From Geopsychrobacteraceae bacterium (GTDB taxonomy: Bacteria; Desulfobacterota; Desulfuromonadia; Desulfuromonadales; Geopsychrobacteraceae): a stretch of DNA of 64,000 bases. Under the pieces are notes generated by a model, which saw only the letters and a program-made list of their open reading frames with translations, was not told the DNA's origin and made no database searches. The position numbers and the translations under genes were made by a program. The stretch is from positions 47,860 to 111,859 of the forward strand of contig CAXXGL010000013.1 of the NCBI GenBank assembly GCA_963676555.2, read 5' to 3'. Below are positions 52,561 through 64,000 of this stretch, piece by piece. Numbering within the stretch: the first letter of the stretch is position 1; each line of letters opens with the position of its first letter.

Positions 52561-55500
52561 TTAAAAAAGTGAATAATACTCTTGTAACGGCTTTACGTCA
52601 AGGGTTTCTCTCAGCATGGCCAGTATCCCGTCCGTTCCGGCTTTAATCCCGGCGACAGTGGTAAAATAAGCGATCTCATGCATGATGACCGAGCGTCTGA
52701 TGGAATAGGAATCGGTAATCGACTGCGCTCCTTGCGTGGTGTTGAAAACCATCTGGATTTGCCGGCTGGTGATGGCATCGACACAATGGGGACGCCCTTC
52801 TTTGACCTTGTTGATTCTTTCCGCGGCAATCCCGTGTTCATTCAGGAAAGCGGCTGTACCGCCGGTGGCGACAATGGAAAAACCCGCCTTCACAAGTTTG
52901 CGCACCGGGTCGAGGATCTCGGTTTTATCCGCGTCCTTGACGCTGATGAAAATCCTGCCTTCGCGCGGTAATTTGACCCCGGCCGCCAGTTGTGATTTGG
53001 CATAAGCGTTGCCGAAATCGGCATCAAGCGCCATAACTTCACCGGTCGATTTCATCTCCGGACCCAGCAGCGTATCCACACCCGGAAATTTGACGAACGG
53101 GAAAACCGCTTCCTTGACCGACATGTAGGCAGGAACGATGTCGCCGGAAACGCCCAGTGCGTTCAGGGTTTTCCCGGCCATGACTTCGGCGGCGATTTTT
53201 GCCAGAGAGCGCCCGGTCGCCTTGGATACAAAAGGGACGGTCCGGCTGGCGCGCGGGTTGACCTCCAGCAGGTAAATCGTATTGTCTTTTATCGCGTATT
53301 GAATATTCATCAGGCCGACAACTTTCAGCTCCAGAGCCAAAGCGATCGTTTGCCTGCGAATTTCCGCGACAAGCTCCTCACCGAGCGAGAATGGCGGCAG
53401 AACGCAGGCGGAGTCGCCCGAGTGAATGCCGGCCTCCTCGATATGTTGCATGATTCCGCCGATAACCACATCCTGCCCGTCAGCCAGGGCATCGACATCG
53501 ATCTCGATTGCGTTTTGCAGGAATTTATCCACCAGTACCGGGTGCTCCGGCGACGCCTCGACCGCATACTTCATGTAGTCACGCAAGCGTTCGACATCGT
53601 AAACGATTTCCATGGCCCGACCGCCGAGAACGTATGACGGCCGCACCACCACCGGATAACCGATGCGCTCGGCAATGCGTTCCGCTTCGTCAAAAGCCCG
53701 GGCAATGCCGTTTTCAGGCTGTTTTAAGTTGAGTTTGTTCAATAACGCTTGGAAGCGTTCGCGGTCTTCCGCCCGGTCAATGGCGTCCGGCGAGGTTCCG
53801 ATGATCGGGACCCCGGCCGCTTCCAGCGCCACAGCCAGTTTCAACGGGGTCTGGCCGCCGTATTGAACGATAACCCCGCGGGGTTTTTCCGTAGCAGCGA
53901 TGGACAAAACGTCTTCCAGGGTCAGAGGTTCGAAATAGAGCCGGTCCGAAGTGTCGTAATCGGTGGAAACCGTTTCCGGGTTACAGTTGACCATAATGGT
54001 TTCGAAACCGGCATCAGACAGGGCGAATGCGCCGTGAACGCAGCAATAGTCGAACTCGATCCCCTGCCCGATCCGGTTCGGGCCGCCGCCCAGAATCATG
54101 ATTTTCGCCCGGTCCGTGGGTTGCGCTTCGCATTCTTCTTCATAGGTTGAATAAAGGTAAGGCGTATAAGCTTCAAATTCGGCGCCGCAGGTATCGACAC
54201 GCTTGTAGACCGGCCGGATATCCAACCGACCGCGCAGATCGCGCACCTGTTGTTCGTCGGTCTCCAACAGCGCCGCCAGCCTGCGGTCGGAAAACCCGTA
54301 TTGCTTGGCCTCCAGCAACAGGTCCCGGAACTCCGCGGAAGGCTGTTTGAACCGGCTCCGGTTAGCGATCAGTCTGGCTTCCATGGCGATGATTTGCGCA
54401 ATATTCGACAGGAACCAGGGGTCGATGCCGCTGAGCTGATAAATCCTGTCGATCCCGAAGCCGGCGCGTATGGCATCGGCCAGGTACCACAGGCGTTCCC
54501 AACTCGGCACCCGTAATTGCACCGTCAGGTTTTCTTCTTCGGCCGGAGTCAGTTCCGGATAGGACGCGCGGGGTTCGACAAACAGCCGGCTTTCGAAACC
54601 GTAAGAGCCGATTTCCAGCGAGCGTAGTGCTTTCTGCAGGCTTTCCTTGAACGTGCGGCCAATCGCCATAGCTTCGCCGACGGACTTCATCTGGGTGGTC
54701 AGGGTCGCGTCGGCCTGCGGAAATTTTTCGAAAGTAAACCGCGGGAGCTTGGTGACGACATAATCGATGGTCGGCTCAAAAGACGCCAGGGTTTCACGGG
54801 TAATGTCGTTTGCGATCTCGTCAAGGCGATAACCGACGGAAAGCTTCGCCGCTATTTTCGCAATTGGAAAACCGGTTGCTTTCGACGCCAGTGCCGACGA
54901 ACGCGAAACCCGGGGATTCATTTCGATGACCACCAGCCGTCCGTCCTGCGGATTGACGCCGAACTGGATATTGGAACCGCCGGTATCGACCCCGATCTCG
55001 CGGATGATTTTCAGCGCCGCATCGCGCAGGATCTGATATTCCTTGTCGGTCAGGGTTTGCGCCGGAGCGACCGTAATCGAATCCCCGGTATGCACGCCCA
55101 TAGCGTCGAAGTTTTCAATCGAGCAGATGATAACGACGTTGTCCGCCGTGTCGCGCATGACTTCCAGTTCGAATTCCTTCCAGCCGATCACCGATTCCTC
55201 AACCAGAATTTCATTCGTCGGCGAAGCTTCTATCCCGGCAATGGCCAGCCGCTCGTATTCTTTGCGATTATAGGCAATCCCGCCGCCGCTGCCGCCCAGC
55301 GTAAAGGAGGGGCGAATGATGGCCGGATAGCCGACATACTCAATCACCTCCATGGCCTCTTTGTAGCTGTGCGCGAGGCCGGACCGGGGAACATCGATAT
55401 TGATTCGCTCCATTGCCTGTTTGAACAGGGTGCGATCCTCCGCCTTTTTGATCGCCTGCAGTTTGGCACCGATCAATTCGACATCGTACTTCTCCAGAAC

Positions 55501-55818
55501 TCCGGATTCAGCGACCGATACGGCCGTATTGAGGGCGGTCTGGCCACCCAATGTCGGCAGAATGGCGTCCGGACGTTCTTTTTCGATGATTTTCGCCAGC
55601 ACTTCCGGGGTGACCGGTTCAATGTAAGTACGATCGGCAAAATCGGGATCGGTCATAATCGTTGCCGGATTCGAGTTGAGCAGGACAACCTCATAGCCCT
55701 CTTCCTTGAGTGCTTTGCAGGCCTGAGTGCCTGAATAATCGAATTCGCAGGCCTGTCCGATGACAATCGGGCCGGCACCGATAATCAAAATTTTTTTCAG
55801 ATCTTCACGTTTTGGCAT
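52561..55818 (-). CDS. carB: carbamoyl-phosphate synthase large subunit
   Basis: 1085 aa with duplicated ATP-grasp halves and an MGS-like C-terminal domain. The N-terminus ([33 protein letters not shown]) is highly conserved. Confidence 0.97.
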   Translation of the reverse strand: MPKREDLKKILIIGAGPIVIGQACEFDYSGTQACKALKEEGYEVVLLNSNPATIMTDPDFADRTYIEPVTPEVLAKIIEKERPDAILPTLGGQTALNTAVSVAESGVLEKYDVELIGAKLQAIKKAEDRTLFKQAMERINIDVPRSGLAHSYKEAMEVIEYVGYPAIIRPSFTLGGSGGGIAYNRKEYERLAIAGIEASPTNEILVEESVIGWKEFELEVMRDTADNVVIICSIENFDAMGVHTGDSITVAPAQTLTDKEYQILRDAALKIIREIGVDTGGSNIQFGVNPQDGRLVVIEMNPRVSRSSALASKATGFPIAKIAAKLSVGYRLDEIANDITRETLASFEPTIDYVVTKLPRFTFEKFPQADATLTTQMKSVGEAMAIGRTFKESLQKALRSLEIGSYGFESRLFVEPRASYPELTPAEEENLTVQLRVPSWERLWYLADAIRAGFGIDRIYQLSGIDPWFLSNIAQIIAMEARLIANRSRFKQPSAEFRDLLLEAKQYGFSDRRLAALLETDEQQVRDLRGRLDIRPVYKRVDTCGAEFEAYTPYLYSTYEEECEAQPTDRAKIMILGGGPNRIGQGIEFDYCCVHGAFALSDAGFETIMVNCNPETVSTDYDTSDRLYFEPLTLEDVLSIAATEKPRGVIVQYGGQTPLKLAVALEAAGVPIIGTSPDAIDRAEDRERFQALLNKLNLKQPENGIARAFDEAERIAERIGYPVVVRPSYVLGGRAMEIVYDVERLRDYMKYAVEASPEHPVLVDKFLQNAIEIDVDALADGQDVVIGGIMQHIEEAGIHSGDSACVLPPFSLGEELVAEIRRQTIALALELKVVGLMNIQYAIKDNTIYLLEVNPRASRTVPFVSKATGRSLAKIAAEVMAGKTLNALGVSGDIVPAYMSVKEAVFPFVKFPGVDTLLGPEMKSTGEVMALDADFGNAYAKSQLAAGVKLPREGRIFISVKDADKTEILDPVRKLVKAGFSIVATGGTAAFLNEHGIAAERINKVKEGRPHCVDAITSRQIQMVFNTTQGAQSITDSYSIRRSVIMHEIAYFTTVAGIKAGTDGILAMLRETLDVKPLQEYYSLF

Positions 55819-55876
55819 CCACTGTTTTCCTTCGGAATAATTCGTTCGAGATCGCAGATTCTCAGATCTTCACAAC

Positions 55877-57004
55877 CTATTTTTTATATTCTTTCATCAT
55901 CGCCACAAACCGCTCGAAAAGATATTGGGCATCGTGCGGACCGGGGGAAGCCTCGGGGTGATATTGAACCGAGAAAGCCGGAGTGGAACAATGCTGAATA
56001 CCTTCCACGGTCTGATCGTTCAGATTGACATGGGTGACTTTGATTTCATCCCCCAGAGTCGTCTCGTCCACGGCAAAGCCATGATTCTGGGCCGTGATCT
56101 CGACCTGGCGGCGCTGATGATCGAGCACCGGCTGATTGCCGCCGCGATGACCGAATTTGAGCTTGTAGGTTTTTCCGCCCAGGGCAATGGAAAGCAACTG
56201 ATGCCCGAGGCAGATGCCGAACACCGGAACTTTGCCGAGGAGTTGGCGAATATTGTCCTGCGCGTAGGTCAGAGGTTCGGGGTCGCCCGGTCCGTTGCTG
56301 AGAAAAACCCCGTCCGGTTTCATGGCCAGAACATCTGCTGCGGAAGTCTGGGCCGGCACTACGGTCAATTCACATCCGGCACTGATCAGGTTGCGCAGAA
56401 TATTTTTCTTGATGCCGAAATCATAAGCGATGACTTTGTACTTCGGCGGGTCGATATCCTCCCGTTGCGCATAGCCCCGGCCGAGGCTCCAGACCCCTTC
56501 CTGGGGGGCATAAGGCTCGCTGCAGGTCACTTCCCTGACCAGATCCCGGCCGACAATCGAAGGGGCGCGGCGCGCCTTTTCAACCAGGCTGTCGGGATCG
56601 GTATCCAGGGAAGAAATAATTCCGGTCTGTGCTCCGGCGGTACGGATATGACGCACCAGGGCTCGGGTGTCGACGCCTTCAATCGCCACAATGTTGTGCC
56701 GTTTGAGGTATTCGTCCAGACTGATCTCAGACCGGAAGTTGCTGGGAAATGGACAGGATTCCTTGACCACCAGCCCGGCCAGAAACGGTTTTTCGGATTC
56801 GACGTCCTCTGAATTGATTCCGTAATTGCCGATTTGAGGATAGGTCATGGTGACGATCTCTCCGTGATAGGAAGGATCGGTAAGAATTTCCTGATAGCCG
56901 GTCATACTGGTATTGAAAACCACTTCGCCGGTGACTTCACCTACGGCACCGAATGCCCGGCCGCTGAAATGCTTGCCGTCGGCAAGCGCCAACATTGCTT
57001 TCAT
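55877..57004 (-). CDS. carA: carbamoyl-phosphate synthase small (glutaminase) subunit
   Basis: 375 aa with a class-I glutamine amidotransferase triad (GICLGHQ, HGF). Confidence 0.95.
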   Translation of the reverse strand: MKAMLALADGKHFSGRAFGAVGEVTGEVVFNTSMTGYQEILTDPSYHGEIVTMTYPQIGNYGINSEDVESEKPFLAGLVVKESCPFPSNFRSEISLDEYLKRHNIVAIEGVDTRALVRHIRTAGAQTGIISSLDTDPDSLVEKARRAPSIVGRDLVREVTCSEPYAPQEGVWSLGRGYAQREDIDPPKYKVIAYDFGIKKNILRNLISAGCELTVVPAQTSAADVLAMKPDGVFLSNGPGDPEPLTYAQDNIRQLLGKVPVFGICLGHQLLSIALGGKTYKLKFGHRGGNQPVLDHQRRQVEITAQNHGFAVDETTLGDEIKVTHVNLNDQTVEGIQHCSTPAFSVQYHPEASPGPHDAQYLFERFVAMMKEYKK

Positions 57005-57046
57005 AGCTTCCTCTGTTTTTTCAATAAGTTCTTTAACAATTTAATG

Positions 57047-58324
57047 CTAATCCCTGCTGAAAACGACATTTCCTGAAAGAATAGTCTTGACCGCATAACC
57101 TTTCATCGGCTGACCGATCCAAGGGCTGTTCTTGCTTTTTGACTGCAGCTTATCGGCTTCGACGATCCATTCCTTGTTCGGATTGATCAAGGCGATGTCC
57201 GCGACCGCGCCGATACCCAGTGTGCCGCGATCGATTCCCAGGATGGCCGCCGGCTTGCAGGTCATCAACGCGATCGCCTGCGCCAGGCTGAGCACCTTTT
57301 CCCCGACCAGTCTCAGGGTCAGAGGCAAGAGCGTTTCCAGGCCGATAATGCCGCTCATGGCAATGTCGAACTCGACATTTTTTTCGTCATAATGGTGCGG
57401 AGCATGATCGGTGGCAATGGCGTCGATGGTTCCGTCCACCAGTCCGGCCCGTACCGCCGCCACATCTTCCGCGCTGCGCAATGGCGGATTCATCTTCGCG
57501 TTGGTATTGTAACCCCGCACAGCTTCATCGGTGAGCATAAAATGGTGCGGCGTCGCCTCGCAGGAAACCCGGACTCCGCGCGCCTTGGCCCGGCGCACCA
57601 GTTCGACGCTACCCTTTGTGGAAACATGGCAGACATGCAGGCGACCGCCGGTGAATTCGGCAATCATGATGTCGCGGGCCGTGGCCGCGTCTTCGGCCAC
57701 CCAGGGAATGCCTTTCAGCCCGAGCTCGGTCGAAACCGGCCCTTCATTCATCGCTCCGCCCGCCGCCAGGCTCAGATCCTCGGCGTGGGAAAAGATCGGC
57801 GCATCGAAGGTGTCGGCATATTCCAGCGCCCGGCGCATCATTTCTCCGTCCCCGACCGGCAAACCGTCATCGGAAAAACCGACGCAGCCGCCCTCTTTCA
57901 ACTCGCCCATCTCCGTGAGAATTTCGCCTTTCATCCCCTGGGTTGCCGACCCGATGGGGAAAACATTGGCGCTGCCCTGCTGTTGCGCCTTGCTGATAAT
58001 GTACGTGGCGACGGACAGGTTGTCGATCACCGGTTTGGTGTTCGGCATGCAGGCCAGTGAGGTCACGCCCCCGGCGGCGGCCGCACGGGTGCCGCTGATA
58101 ATATCCTCTTTGTACTCCAGTCCCGGATCGCGCAAATGCACATGCATGTCAACCAGGCCCGGCGTCACCAGCAGCCCGGCGGCATTGACGACTTCAGCAT
58201 CGCCGGCATCGACATGCGCGGACAACTCGGCGATTTTTCCGTCAACGATCAGGAGATCGAGCTTCTCATCAATATTGTTTGCAGGATCGACAACACGTCC
58301 CGACTTGATAATCGTTCTCATCAT
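57047..58324 (-). CDS. pyrC: dihydroorotase
   Basis: 425 aa amidohydrolase (DMHVHLR, ATDHAPH). Confidence 0.93.
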   Translation of the reverse strand: MMRTIIKSGRVVDPANNIDEKLDLLIVDGKIAELSAHVDAGDAEVVNAAGLLVTPGLVDMHVHLRDPGLEYKEDIISGTRAAAAGGVTSLACMPNTKPVIDNLSVATYIISKAQQQGSANVFPIGSATQGMKGEILTEMGELKEGGCVGFSDDGLPVGDGEMMRRALEYADTFDAPIFSHAEDLSLAAGGAMNEGPVSTELGLKGIPWVAEDAATARDIMIAEFTGGRLHVCHVSTKGSVELVRRAKARGVRVSCEATPHHFMLTDEAVRGYNTNAKMNPPLRSAEDVAAVRAGLVDGTIDAIATDHAPHHYDEKNVEFDIAMSGIIGLETLLPLTLRLVGEKVLSLAQAIALMTCKPAAILGIDRGTLGIGAVADIALINPNKEWIVEADKLQSKSKNSPWIGQPMKGYAVKTILSGNVVFSRD

Positions 58325-58333
58325 TCCTCCCCT

Positions 58334-59281
58334 TTATTTTGGTGATCCGACCTGTTCAAGTTTGTCTCCGCCCGCCACCAGGTAAAGCAGCGCCATCCTG
58401 ACGGCGACGCCGTTTTCGACCTGATCGAGAATGACATTCCGGGGGCCGTCGGCAATGGATGACGGCAGTTCCACGCCGCGGTTGATCGGCCCCGGGTGCA
58501 TGACGATGGCGTCCTGCTTGGCCATGTTCAGCTTTTCTTCGCTCAAGGCGAAGTAATTCGAATACTCGCGCACCGAAGGGATAAGAGTCGCTCCCTGACG
58601 TTCGCGCTGAATCCGTAACATCATAACGCAATCCGCATCACGAACGGCGTCTTCGACGCTGCTGAAAACCGTACATCCCATTTTTTCCAGCCCCGGCGGC
58701 AACATGGTCCGCGGTCCGGCAACACACACGCGCGCGCCAAGCTTGGACAGACAATAGATATTGGAACGTACCACGCGGCTATGGGTGATGTCGCCGATGA
58801 TGGCGACCTTCAAGCCGTCGAACCCGCCTTTATGCTGACGGATGGTGAACGCGTCCAGCAGCGCCTGGCTGGGATGTTCGTGCATGCCGTCGCCGGCATT
58901 GATCACCGAACATTTCAGCCGCTGGGCCAGATAATCGCAGGCTCCTGAGGCGTTGTGCCGCATGACGATAATATCGGGATGCATGGCTTCGATGTTTTGC
59001 GCCGTATCCTCAAGGGTCTCCCCTTTGACGACCGACGACGAGGACGCGGTGATGTTGATCGTGTCCGCAGACAACCGTTTGCCGGCGATTTCGAAAGATG
59101 TTCTGGTCCGGGTGCTGGCCTCGAAAAAGAGATTGATGACCGTTTTCCCCCTGAGGGTCGGAACTTTTTTGATATCGCGGGTATTGATTTCCTTGAAGCT
59201 TACCGCCGTATCAAGGATGAAAGTGATCTCTTCGGCGGTTAAATTTTTGATCCCGAGGATATGTTTCGGATTATACGACAT
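58334..59281 (-). CDS. pyrB: aspartate carbamoyltransferase catalytic subunit
   Basis: 315 aa with motifs STRTR, HPSQ and HPGP. Confidence 0.95.
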   Translation of the reverse strand: MSYNPKHILGIKNLTAEEITFILDTAVSFKEINTRDIKKVPTLRGKTVINLFFEASTRTRTSFEIAGKRLSADTINITASSSSVVKGETLEDTAQNIEAMHPDIIVMRHNASGACDYLAQRLKCSVINAGDGMHEHPSQALLDAFTIRQHKGGFDGLKVAIIGDITHSRVVRSNIYCLSKLGARVCVAGPRTMLPPGLEKMGCTVFSSVEDAVRDADCVMMLRIQRERQGATLIPSVREYSNYFALSEEKLNMAKQDAIVMHPGPINRGVELPSSIADGPRNVILDQVENGVAVRMALLYLVAGGDKLEQVGSPK

Positions 59282-59296
59282 GAACTGACCTCCACA

Positions 59297-59833
59297 TCAA
59301 GCTCTGATTAAAGTAACGGCTTGCGGAATATTCTCCGTGTTGAAATTCACCTTTATCTGCTCGTTTCGGGCCGTCGGCAGATTGCGCCCGATATAATCGG
59401 GCCGGATGGGCAGTTCCCGATGCCCGCGGTCAACCAGGATGGCAAGCTGAATGTTCCGGGGCCGACCGAGATCCATCACCGCATCCATGGCTGCTCTGAT
59501 GGTGCGGCCGGTGAACAGAACATCGTCAACCAGGACGATGTTTTTATCGCTGACCGAGAAACGGATATCGGTCTGGCCGACGGCGAGATTATTGCGCGAG
59601 GCCAGATCGTCCCGGTACATGGTCACATCGATCAACCCCAACGGGATGTCCTGGTTTTCGATGCGGACCAGCTTGCTGTGCAATTCAGTGGCCAGGTAGG
59701 CGCCACCGGTGCGAATTCCGATAACGACAAGGCCTTCCACCCCTTTGTTTTTTTCCACAATCTCATGGGCGATACGGGTTAACGCCCGGTTGATTCCGTC
59801 GGAATCGAGAATTTCGATCGTTTCTTCCGCCAT
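59297..59833 (-). CDS. pyrR: bifunctional pyr operon regulator / uracil phosphoribosyltransferase PyrR
   Basis: 178 aa with the PRTase motif VLVDDVLFTGRT. First gene of pyrR-pyrB-pyrC-carA-carB. Confidence 0.93.
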   Translation of the reverse strand: MAEETIEILDSDGINRALTRIAHEIVEKNKGVEGLVVIGIRTGGAYLATELHSKLVRIENQDIPLGLIDVTMYRDDLASRNNLAVGQTDIRFSVSDKNIVLVDDVLFTGRTIRAAMDAVMDLGRPRNIQLAILVDRGHRELPIRPDYIGRNLPTARNEQIKVNFNTENIPQAVTLIRA

Positions 59834-59857
59834 AGTGACCTCCCGAAAAAATCAGAC

Positions 59858-59960
59858 ATAAAAAAACACCTGTACAGGCTGTCTGCACAGGTGTTCTGGT
59901 GGATTTATCTGTGGTTGTATCATTATTGCCTTCCCTTGTCGACCTCTCGGATCAACTTAA
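59858..59960 (-). promoter_or_regulatory. PyrR-type transcription attenuator in the pyr leader
   Basis: The minus-strand RNA contains GAUCCGAGAGGUC (plus-strand 59941-59953), resembling the PyrR-binding UCCAGAGAGG core. Downstream is the hairpin AACACCUGUGCAG...CUGUACAGGUGUU plus UUUUUUU (59858-59895), just before the pyrR RBS. Confidence 0.6.
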
Positions 59961-60099
59961 AGGGGGATACGTTATTACTTAGATTAAAGGCAAGCTAACA
60001 GGCCGCAGGCGCAAAAGTCAACGGCGAAAACATTAAAGTCGGTTAGTGGCATTCTCGCCGTATTCTTTCGTTAAGTTCCGCCGTCCCATGGGCCAAGCC

Positions 60100-60765
60100 T
60101 TAATTGATCAGGCGGCCGATCCGCGAAAAACGAATTTTGTGGAGCAAGTCGGCTTTGGCATCCCAGGACCAGTATTTGATAAAGGCCAGGCCCTTGATTT
60201 TGGATTTGTCGACAAAACCCCAGAAGCGGCTGTCATAAGAAAAATCACGGTTGTCGCCCATAACGAAATAGTTGTTTTCCGGCACTTTGACCGGACCGAC
60301 GAAATCACGCGGGCTGGCGACCGCAGGGATTGTATCGGGGTCTTTATGCACTTCCTGGGGCACTGAAAACGGCTGACCGTTGACATAGACCTGCTTGGCC
60401 TTGACTTCGATCAGGTCCCCGGGCAGGCCGACGACGCGTTTAATGAAATCGCGACGTTTAAAGTAGGATTTATTGGCATCCTCGGGAAATTCGAACACGA
60501 TAACATCGCCCCGCTCCGGCTCGCGAATGGACAAATAGCGCTGGTCGGCAAAAGGAATCTTGGTGCCGTAGATAAATTTGTTGACCAGCAGGTGGTCGCC
60601 GATCAACAGCGTATCGAGCATGGAGCCGGAAGGGATTTTGAAAGCCTGGAAAAGAAAAGTCCGAATGATCAGCGCCAGGATAACGGCGACGATTAAAGCT
60701 TCTGACCATTCACGATACCAGGGTTTTGAGGTGGCGGTTTTGACTTTTTTCTTGAAGATACCCAT
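60100..60765 (-). CDS. lepB: signal peptidase I
   Basis: ATG 60765 gives 221 aa. Catalytic SGSM and K boxes (PSGSMLDTL, KRVVGLPGD, GDNRDFSYDSR). Directly downstream of lepA. Confidence 0.9.
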   Translation of the reverse strand: MGIFKKKVKTATSKPWYREWSEALIVAVILALIIRTFLFQAFKIPSGSMLDTLLIGDHLLVNKFIYGTKIPFADQRYLSIREPERGDVIVFEFPEDANKSYFKRRDFIKRVVGLPGDLIEVKAKQVYVNGQPFSVPQEVHKDPDTIPAVASPRDFVGPVKVPENNYFVMGDNRDFSYDSRFWGFVDKSKIKGLAFIKYWSWDAKADLLHKIRFSRIGRLIN

Positions 60766-60769
60766 ATGG

Positions 60770-62569
60770 TTACTCTTTGACCTTAAGAATTGCCAGGAAT
60801 GCTTCCTGGGGCAGTTCAACGCTGCCGACCTGTTTCATCCGTTTTTTTCCGGCTTTCTGCTTCTCCAACAGTTTACGTTTGCGGGTGATATCACCGCCAT
60901 AGCATTTTGCCGTCACATCTTTGCGCAACGCTTTGACGGTTGAACGGGCAATGACCTTATTGCCGATCGCTGCCTGAATAGCGACTTCGTACTGTTGCCG
61001 CGGAATGAACTCCTTCATTTTCGACACCAGCTCGCGCCCGCGAAACTGGGCTTTGTCCTGATGTACGATGAGGGACAGGGCATCGACGACATCGCCGTTG
61101 ATGAGCACATTGAGGCGCACCAACTTGCTGACCCGGAAGTCGAGATGTTCGTAGTCCAGTGACGCGTATCCCCGGGTAATCGACTTCAATCTGTCGAAAA
61201 AGTCAAGGACGATTTCGTTGAGCGGCAATTCATAGACCACCATCACCCGGTTGGCGGTCAGATATTTCAGTTCTCTCTGTACGCCGCGTTTTTCGATGCA
61301 GAGGTTGAGCACCGCCCCGACGAATTCGTTCGGCACATGGATGGACGCCAGGACAAAGGGCTCCTCAATCGTGTCGATATACTGAGCGTCGGGCAGCATG
61401 TTGGCGCTTTCGACTTCCAGCACCTCCCCTTTGGTCGTGGTCACGCGGTAAACGACCGTCGGTGCGGTCGTGATCAGTTCGACATCGAATTCACGTTCGA
61501 GGCGTTCCTGAATGATCTCCATATGCAGCAGACCGAGAAAACCGCAACGGAACCCGAACCCGAGGGCGAGTGAGTTCTCCGGCTCGAAAGAAAAAGCGGC
61601 ATCGTTCAGGCGTAATTTTTCCAGCGCGTCCCTTAAGGCGTCATAATCGGCCGCATCAACGGGATAGAGGCCGGAAAACACCATGGGTTTGACCTCCTGA
61701 TACCCGGACAACGGCTCAGCCGCCGGGTGGTGAAAGTGGGTTATGGTATCGCCGACCTTGGCATCTTCAACCACTTTGATGCCGGCAATCAGAAACCCCA
61801 CTTCACCGGCGCTCAGCTGCGGAAGCTCGAGGGGATGGGGGCTGAAAGCGCCGACTTTCTGCACTTCATAAACGCCTCCCGTGGCCATCAGGCGGATCTT
61901 GTCGCCTTTTTTAACCACTCCGTCGACAACCCTGATCAGGACGATGACACCCTGGTAGGAGTCGTACCAGGAATCGAAAGTCAGAGCTTTCAAGGCCGCC
62001 CGAGGATCGCCTTTGGGAGCGGGAACCTTTTCTACCACGGCTTCGAGAATCGCCTCGACGCCGATCCCTTCCTTGGCACTGGCCAGGATCGCATCGCTGG
62101 TGTCGATACCGATGATTTCTTCGATCTCTTCCTTGATGCGCTCCGGTTCGGCGCTCGGCAGGTCGATTTTATTGATCACCGGAAAAACTTCCAGATCCTG
62201 GTCGATCGCCATGTAAACATTGGCCAGAGTCTGGGCTTCGACCCCCTGTGCGGCATCGACAACCAGCAGTGCTCCCTCGCAGGCCGACAGCGAACGGCTG
62301 ACTTCGTAGGAAAAATCGACGTGTCCGGGCGTGTCGATCAAATTAAGAATATAATCCTGACCGTCCGCGGCAGTGTACTGCAACCGTACCGCCTGCGCCT
62401 TGATGGTAATGCCGCGCTCCTTCTCGAGCTCCATCCGGTCCAGATACTGGTCCGACTTTTCGCGCTCGGTCAGCGCACCGGTGGCCTCCAGCAGGCGGTC
62501 GGCCAGGGTCGACTTGCCGTGATCGATGTGCGCGATTATGGAAAAATTGCGGATATTTTGCTGATTCAT
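60770..62569 (-). CDS. lepA: elongation factor 4 (LepA)
   Basis: 599 aa GTPase ([18 protein letters not shown]) with the LepA C-terminal domain. Confidence 0.96.
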   Translation of the reverse strand: MNQQNIRNFSIIAHIDHGKSTLADRLLEATGALTEREKSDQYLDRMELEKERGITIKAQAVRLQYTAADGQDYILNLIDTPGHVDFSYEVSRSLSACEGALLVVDAAQGVEAQTLANVYMAIDQDLEVFPVINKIDLPSAEPERIKEEIEEIIGIDTSDAILASAKEGIGVEAILEAVVEKVPAPKGDPRAALKALTFDSWYDSYQGVIVLIRVVDGVVKKGDKIRLMATGGVYEVQKVGAFSPHPLELPQLSAGEVGFLIAGIKVVEDAKVGDTITHFHHPAAEPLSGYQEVKPMVFSGLYPVDAADYDALRDALEKLRLNDAAFSFEPENSLALGFGFRCGFLGLLHMEIIQERLEREFDVELITTAPTVVYRVTTTKGEVLEVESANMLPDAQYIDTIEEPFVLASIHVPNEFVGAVLNLCIEKRGVQRELKYLTANRVMVVYELPLNEIVLDFFDRLKSITRGYASLDYEHLDFRVSKLVRLNVLINGDVVDALSLIVHQDKAQFRGRELVSKMKEFIPRQQYEVAIQAAIGNKVIARSTVKALRKDVTAKCYGGDITRKRKLLEKQKAGKKRMKQVGSVELPQEAFLAILKVKE

Positions 62570-62865
62570 GCGCGTATTGGTCTCAATAAAGTTAGGCGGT
62601 AAAAATTTAACCTGTTTTTATAATCCGGTTTGCATCGATTTGTAAAGCCGATAACGGGCATTTCCCCGCCCGGGTACCGGGACACCGGCTTCCCCGTCAA
62701 CCGCGAACCCCGCACAACGGCGGAAGTCCAGCGGAATTCGGCTGTGCAGCGGTTGCGAGCGGAAAACCCGCGGGCCGGGCAAAAACTCTGTTCATCGACA
62801 TAACCTGCCGGAAAAATACTGTTTATTATTGCTCCGGTGAATAAACAGTGAAAAAAATGTCCGGC

Positions 62866-62893
62866 ACGTCATTCCCGCGAAGGCGGGAATTTA
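62866..62893. repeat. REP-like palindromic unit (third copy)
   Basis: ACGTCATTCCCGCGAAGGCGGGAATTTA. Same family as the units at 24881-24963; the internal hairpin is ATTCCCGC/GCGGGAAT. Confidence 0.5.
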
Positions 62894-62952
62894 TAGATAC
62901 TTTGTGAGGATTTTTTACGCGCAGATAAATTGATTGTCGGAAAGCAAGCCTC

Positions 62953-62982
62953 TTGTTAAAAACAAAGCGGCTATGGTATAAG
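62953..62982 (+). promoter_or_regulatory. candidate sigma70 promoter
   Basis: TTGTTA (62953-62958), 18-nt spacer, TGgTATAAG extended -10 (TATAAG 62977-62982), 50 nt upstream of the 63032 ORF. Confidence 0.35.
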
Positions 62983-63031
62983 CACAATTCTGTGATTACA
63001 ATGACTTTTTTCCGTCACGGAGTGATATCTC

Positions 63032-63196
63032 ATGGAACGATCGGATCGTTCTAAAAAGGAGCCGGTTGAAATAATCTGTCCTAAATGTCGTCGTACGGAA
63101 ATTATTTATCTGCCGGTCGACGATCTTCCCCTCTGCCCCGAATGCAATACCCGCATGTTATTAGCCGAGCTTTTGGATGAAGGTAAATCGTACTGA
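63032..63196 (+). CDS. zinc-ribbon micro-protein (54 aa, not in ORF track)
   Basis: Hand-translated as MERSDRSKKEPVEIICPKCRRTEIIYLPVDDLPLCPECNTRMLLAELLDEGKSY. Two CxxC pairs; GGAG lies 9 nt upstream. Confidence 0.4.
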   Translation: MERSDRSKKEPVEIICPKCRRTEIIYLPVDDLPLCPECNTRMLLAELLDEGKSY

Positions 63197-63258
63197 TATG
63201 TGTTAACCGCCGACAGTGTCGGCCACCCTACCCTTTTTACCTGTATGGAGGAATTACA

Positions 63259-64000
63259 ATGAAACATGCAAAACTGATCCTTGCCTGTCTTTTGGCCCTC
63301 TGTGTGATTTTGCCCGGGATCGCCGGCGCCGACACTCTGGATGAGATTCTTGATCGCGGATCCCTGCGCGTGGGGATGGAGCCGGGCTACATGCCTTTCG
63401 AAATGACCAACACCAGGGGGGAAATCATCGGGTTCGACGTTGACATGATGAAGCGCGCCGCCAAGGCCATGGGCGTGAAGCTGGAATTGGTGAGCACGGC
63501 CTGGGACGGTATCATTCCGGGATTGCTGACCAAGAAATACGATATTATTGCCAGCGGCATGACCCTGACTCAGGAAAGAAACCTCAAGGTGGCTTTTGCC
63601 GAGCCTTATATCGTTATCGGCCAGAGCATTTTGATCAAAAAGGAACTCGCCGGTGAAATCAAGTCCTACAAAGACCTGAACTACTCCAAATACAAGGTTG
63701 CCTCCAAGCTGGGAACCACCGGTGAACAGGCCACCAAGCGGATGATCCCGAAGTGTACCTATATTTCCTTTGAAACCGAGCAGGAAGGCGTTATGGACCT
63801 GGTCAACGGCAAAATCGACGCTTTCGTTTACGACCTCCCCTATCAGGAACTGGCTTACAAGCAGAAAGGTGAAGGCAAACTGATACTGCTGGACAAGCCC
63901 TTCACCTATGAGCCGCTCGCCTGGGCGATCCGCCACGGCAACCCCAAGCTCCTGAACTGGCTGAACAACTTCATGACGCAGGTCAAGAACGACGGCACCT
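63259..64000 (+). CDS. amino-acid ABC transporter substrate-binding protein (partial, runs off the window)
   Basis: ATG 63259 follows GGAGGAA. Signal peptide MKHAKLILACLLALCVILPGIAGA, then type-3 SBP motifs (LRVGMEPGYMPFE, GFDVD, WDGIIPGL..KYDII.SGMT). It has no stop in the window, so the ORF track shows only the antisense shadow ORF. Confidence 0.85.
   Translation, partial: MKHAKLILACLLALCVILPGIAGADTLDEILDRGSLRVGMEPGYMPFEMTNTRGEIIGFDVDMMKRAAKAMGVKLELVSTAWDGIIPGLLTKKYDIIASGMTLTQERNLKVAFAEPYIVIGQSILIKKELAGEIKSYKDLNYSKYKVASKLGTTGEQATKRMIPKCTYISFETEQEGVMDLVNGKIDAFVYDLPYQELAYKQKGEGKLILLDKPFTYEPLAWAIRHGNPKLLNWLNNFMTQVKNDGT

Noticed and set aside
63106-63936. 276-aa minus-strand ORF listed in the track.
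   Set aside because: It is the antisense shadow of the plus-strand ABC substrate-binding protein gene (63259 to beyond 64000), which has a signal peptide, an RBS and conserved SBP motifs.

Overview
Chromosomal segment of a moderately GC-rich, Desulfuromonadales-like bacterium; the taxon is an inference from gene content, not a search result. From 1 to 37.5 kb the genes are mostly plus-strand housekeeping: infB-DUF503-rbfA-nrnA-truB-rpsO-pnp, dut, tsaC, pilT plus a DUF4388/GAF protein, an RND efflux operon, secG-tRNA-Leu, glgP, a hybrid histidine kinase, two XRE-cupin regulators, ihfB, a Na/Pi transporter, ppx, iorAB-paaK-ACT-paaK and tRNA-Pro. From 48.5 to 62.6 kb every gene is on the minus strand: qor, recG, greA, carBA, pyrC, pyrB, pyrR with a PyrR-type attenuator, lepB and lepA. 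The two blocks converge on a 28-bp dif-like XerC/XerD site at 38003-38030. A more AT-rich 10.4-kb insert follows, closed by a second dif-like site with a degenerate XerC arm at 48399-48426; the two sites share a 26-bp identical direct repeat. The insert has no integrase. It encodes an HUH rolling-circle Rep, a Zn-ribbon protein, a small P-loop ATPase, a 268-aa beta-rich capsid candidate, many small tail-anchored membrane proteins, an SLT lytic transglycosylase and a secreted beta-helix protein. I read it as an IMEX-type prophage integrated at dif, resembling tailless membrane-containing PM2-like corticoviruses; this is the main candidate novel system. A filamentous phage is the main alternative. 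Other observations: a 31-bp perfect palindrome and an opposite-strand lipoprotein gene inside the element, REP-like palindromic units, several sub-60-aa ORFs missing from the ORF track, and many long antisense shadow ORFs that I rejected.
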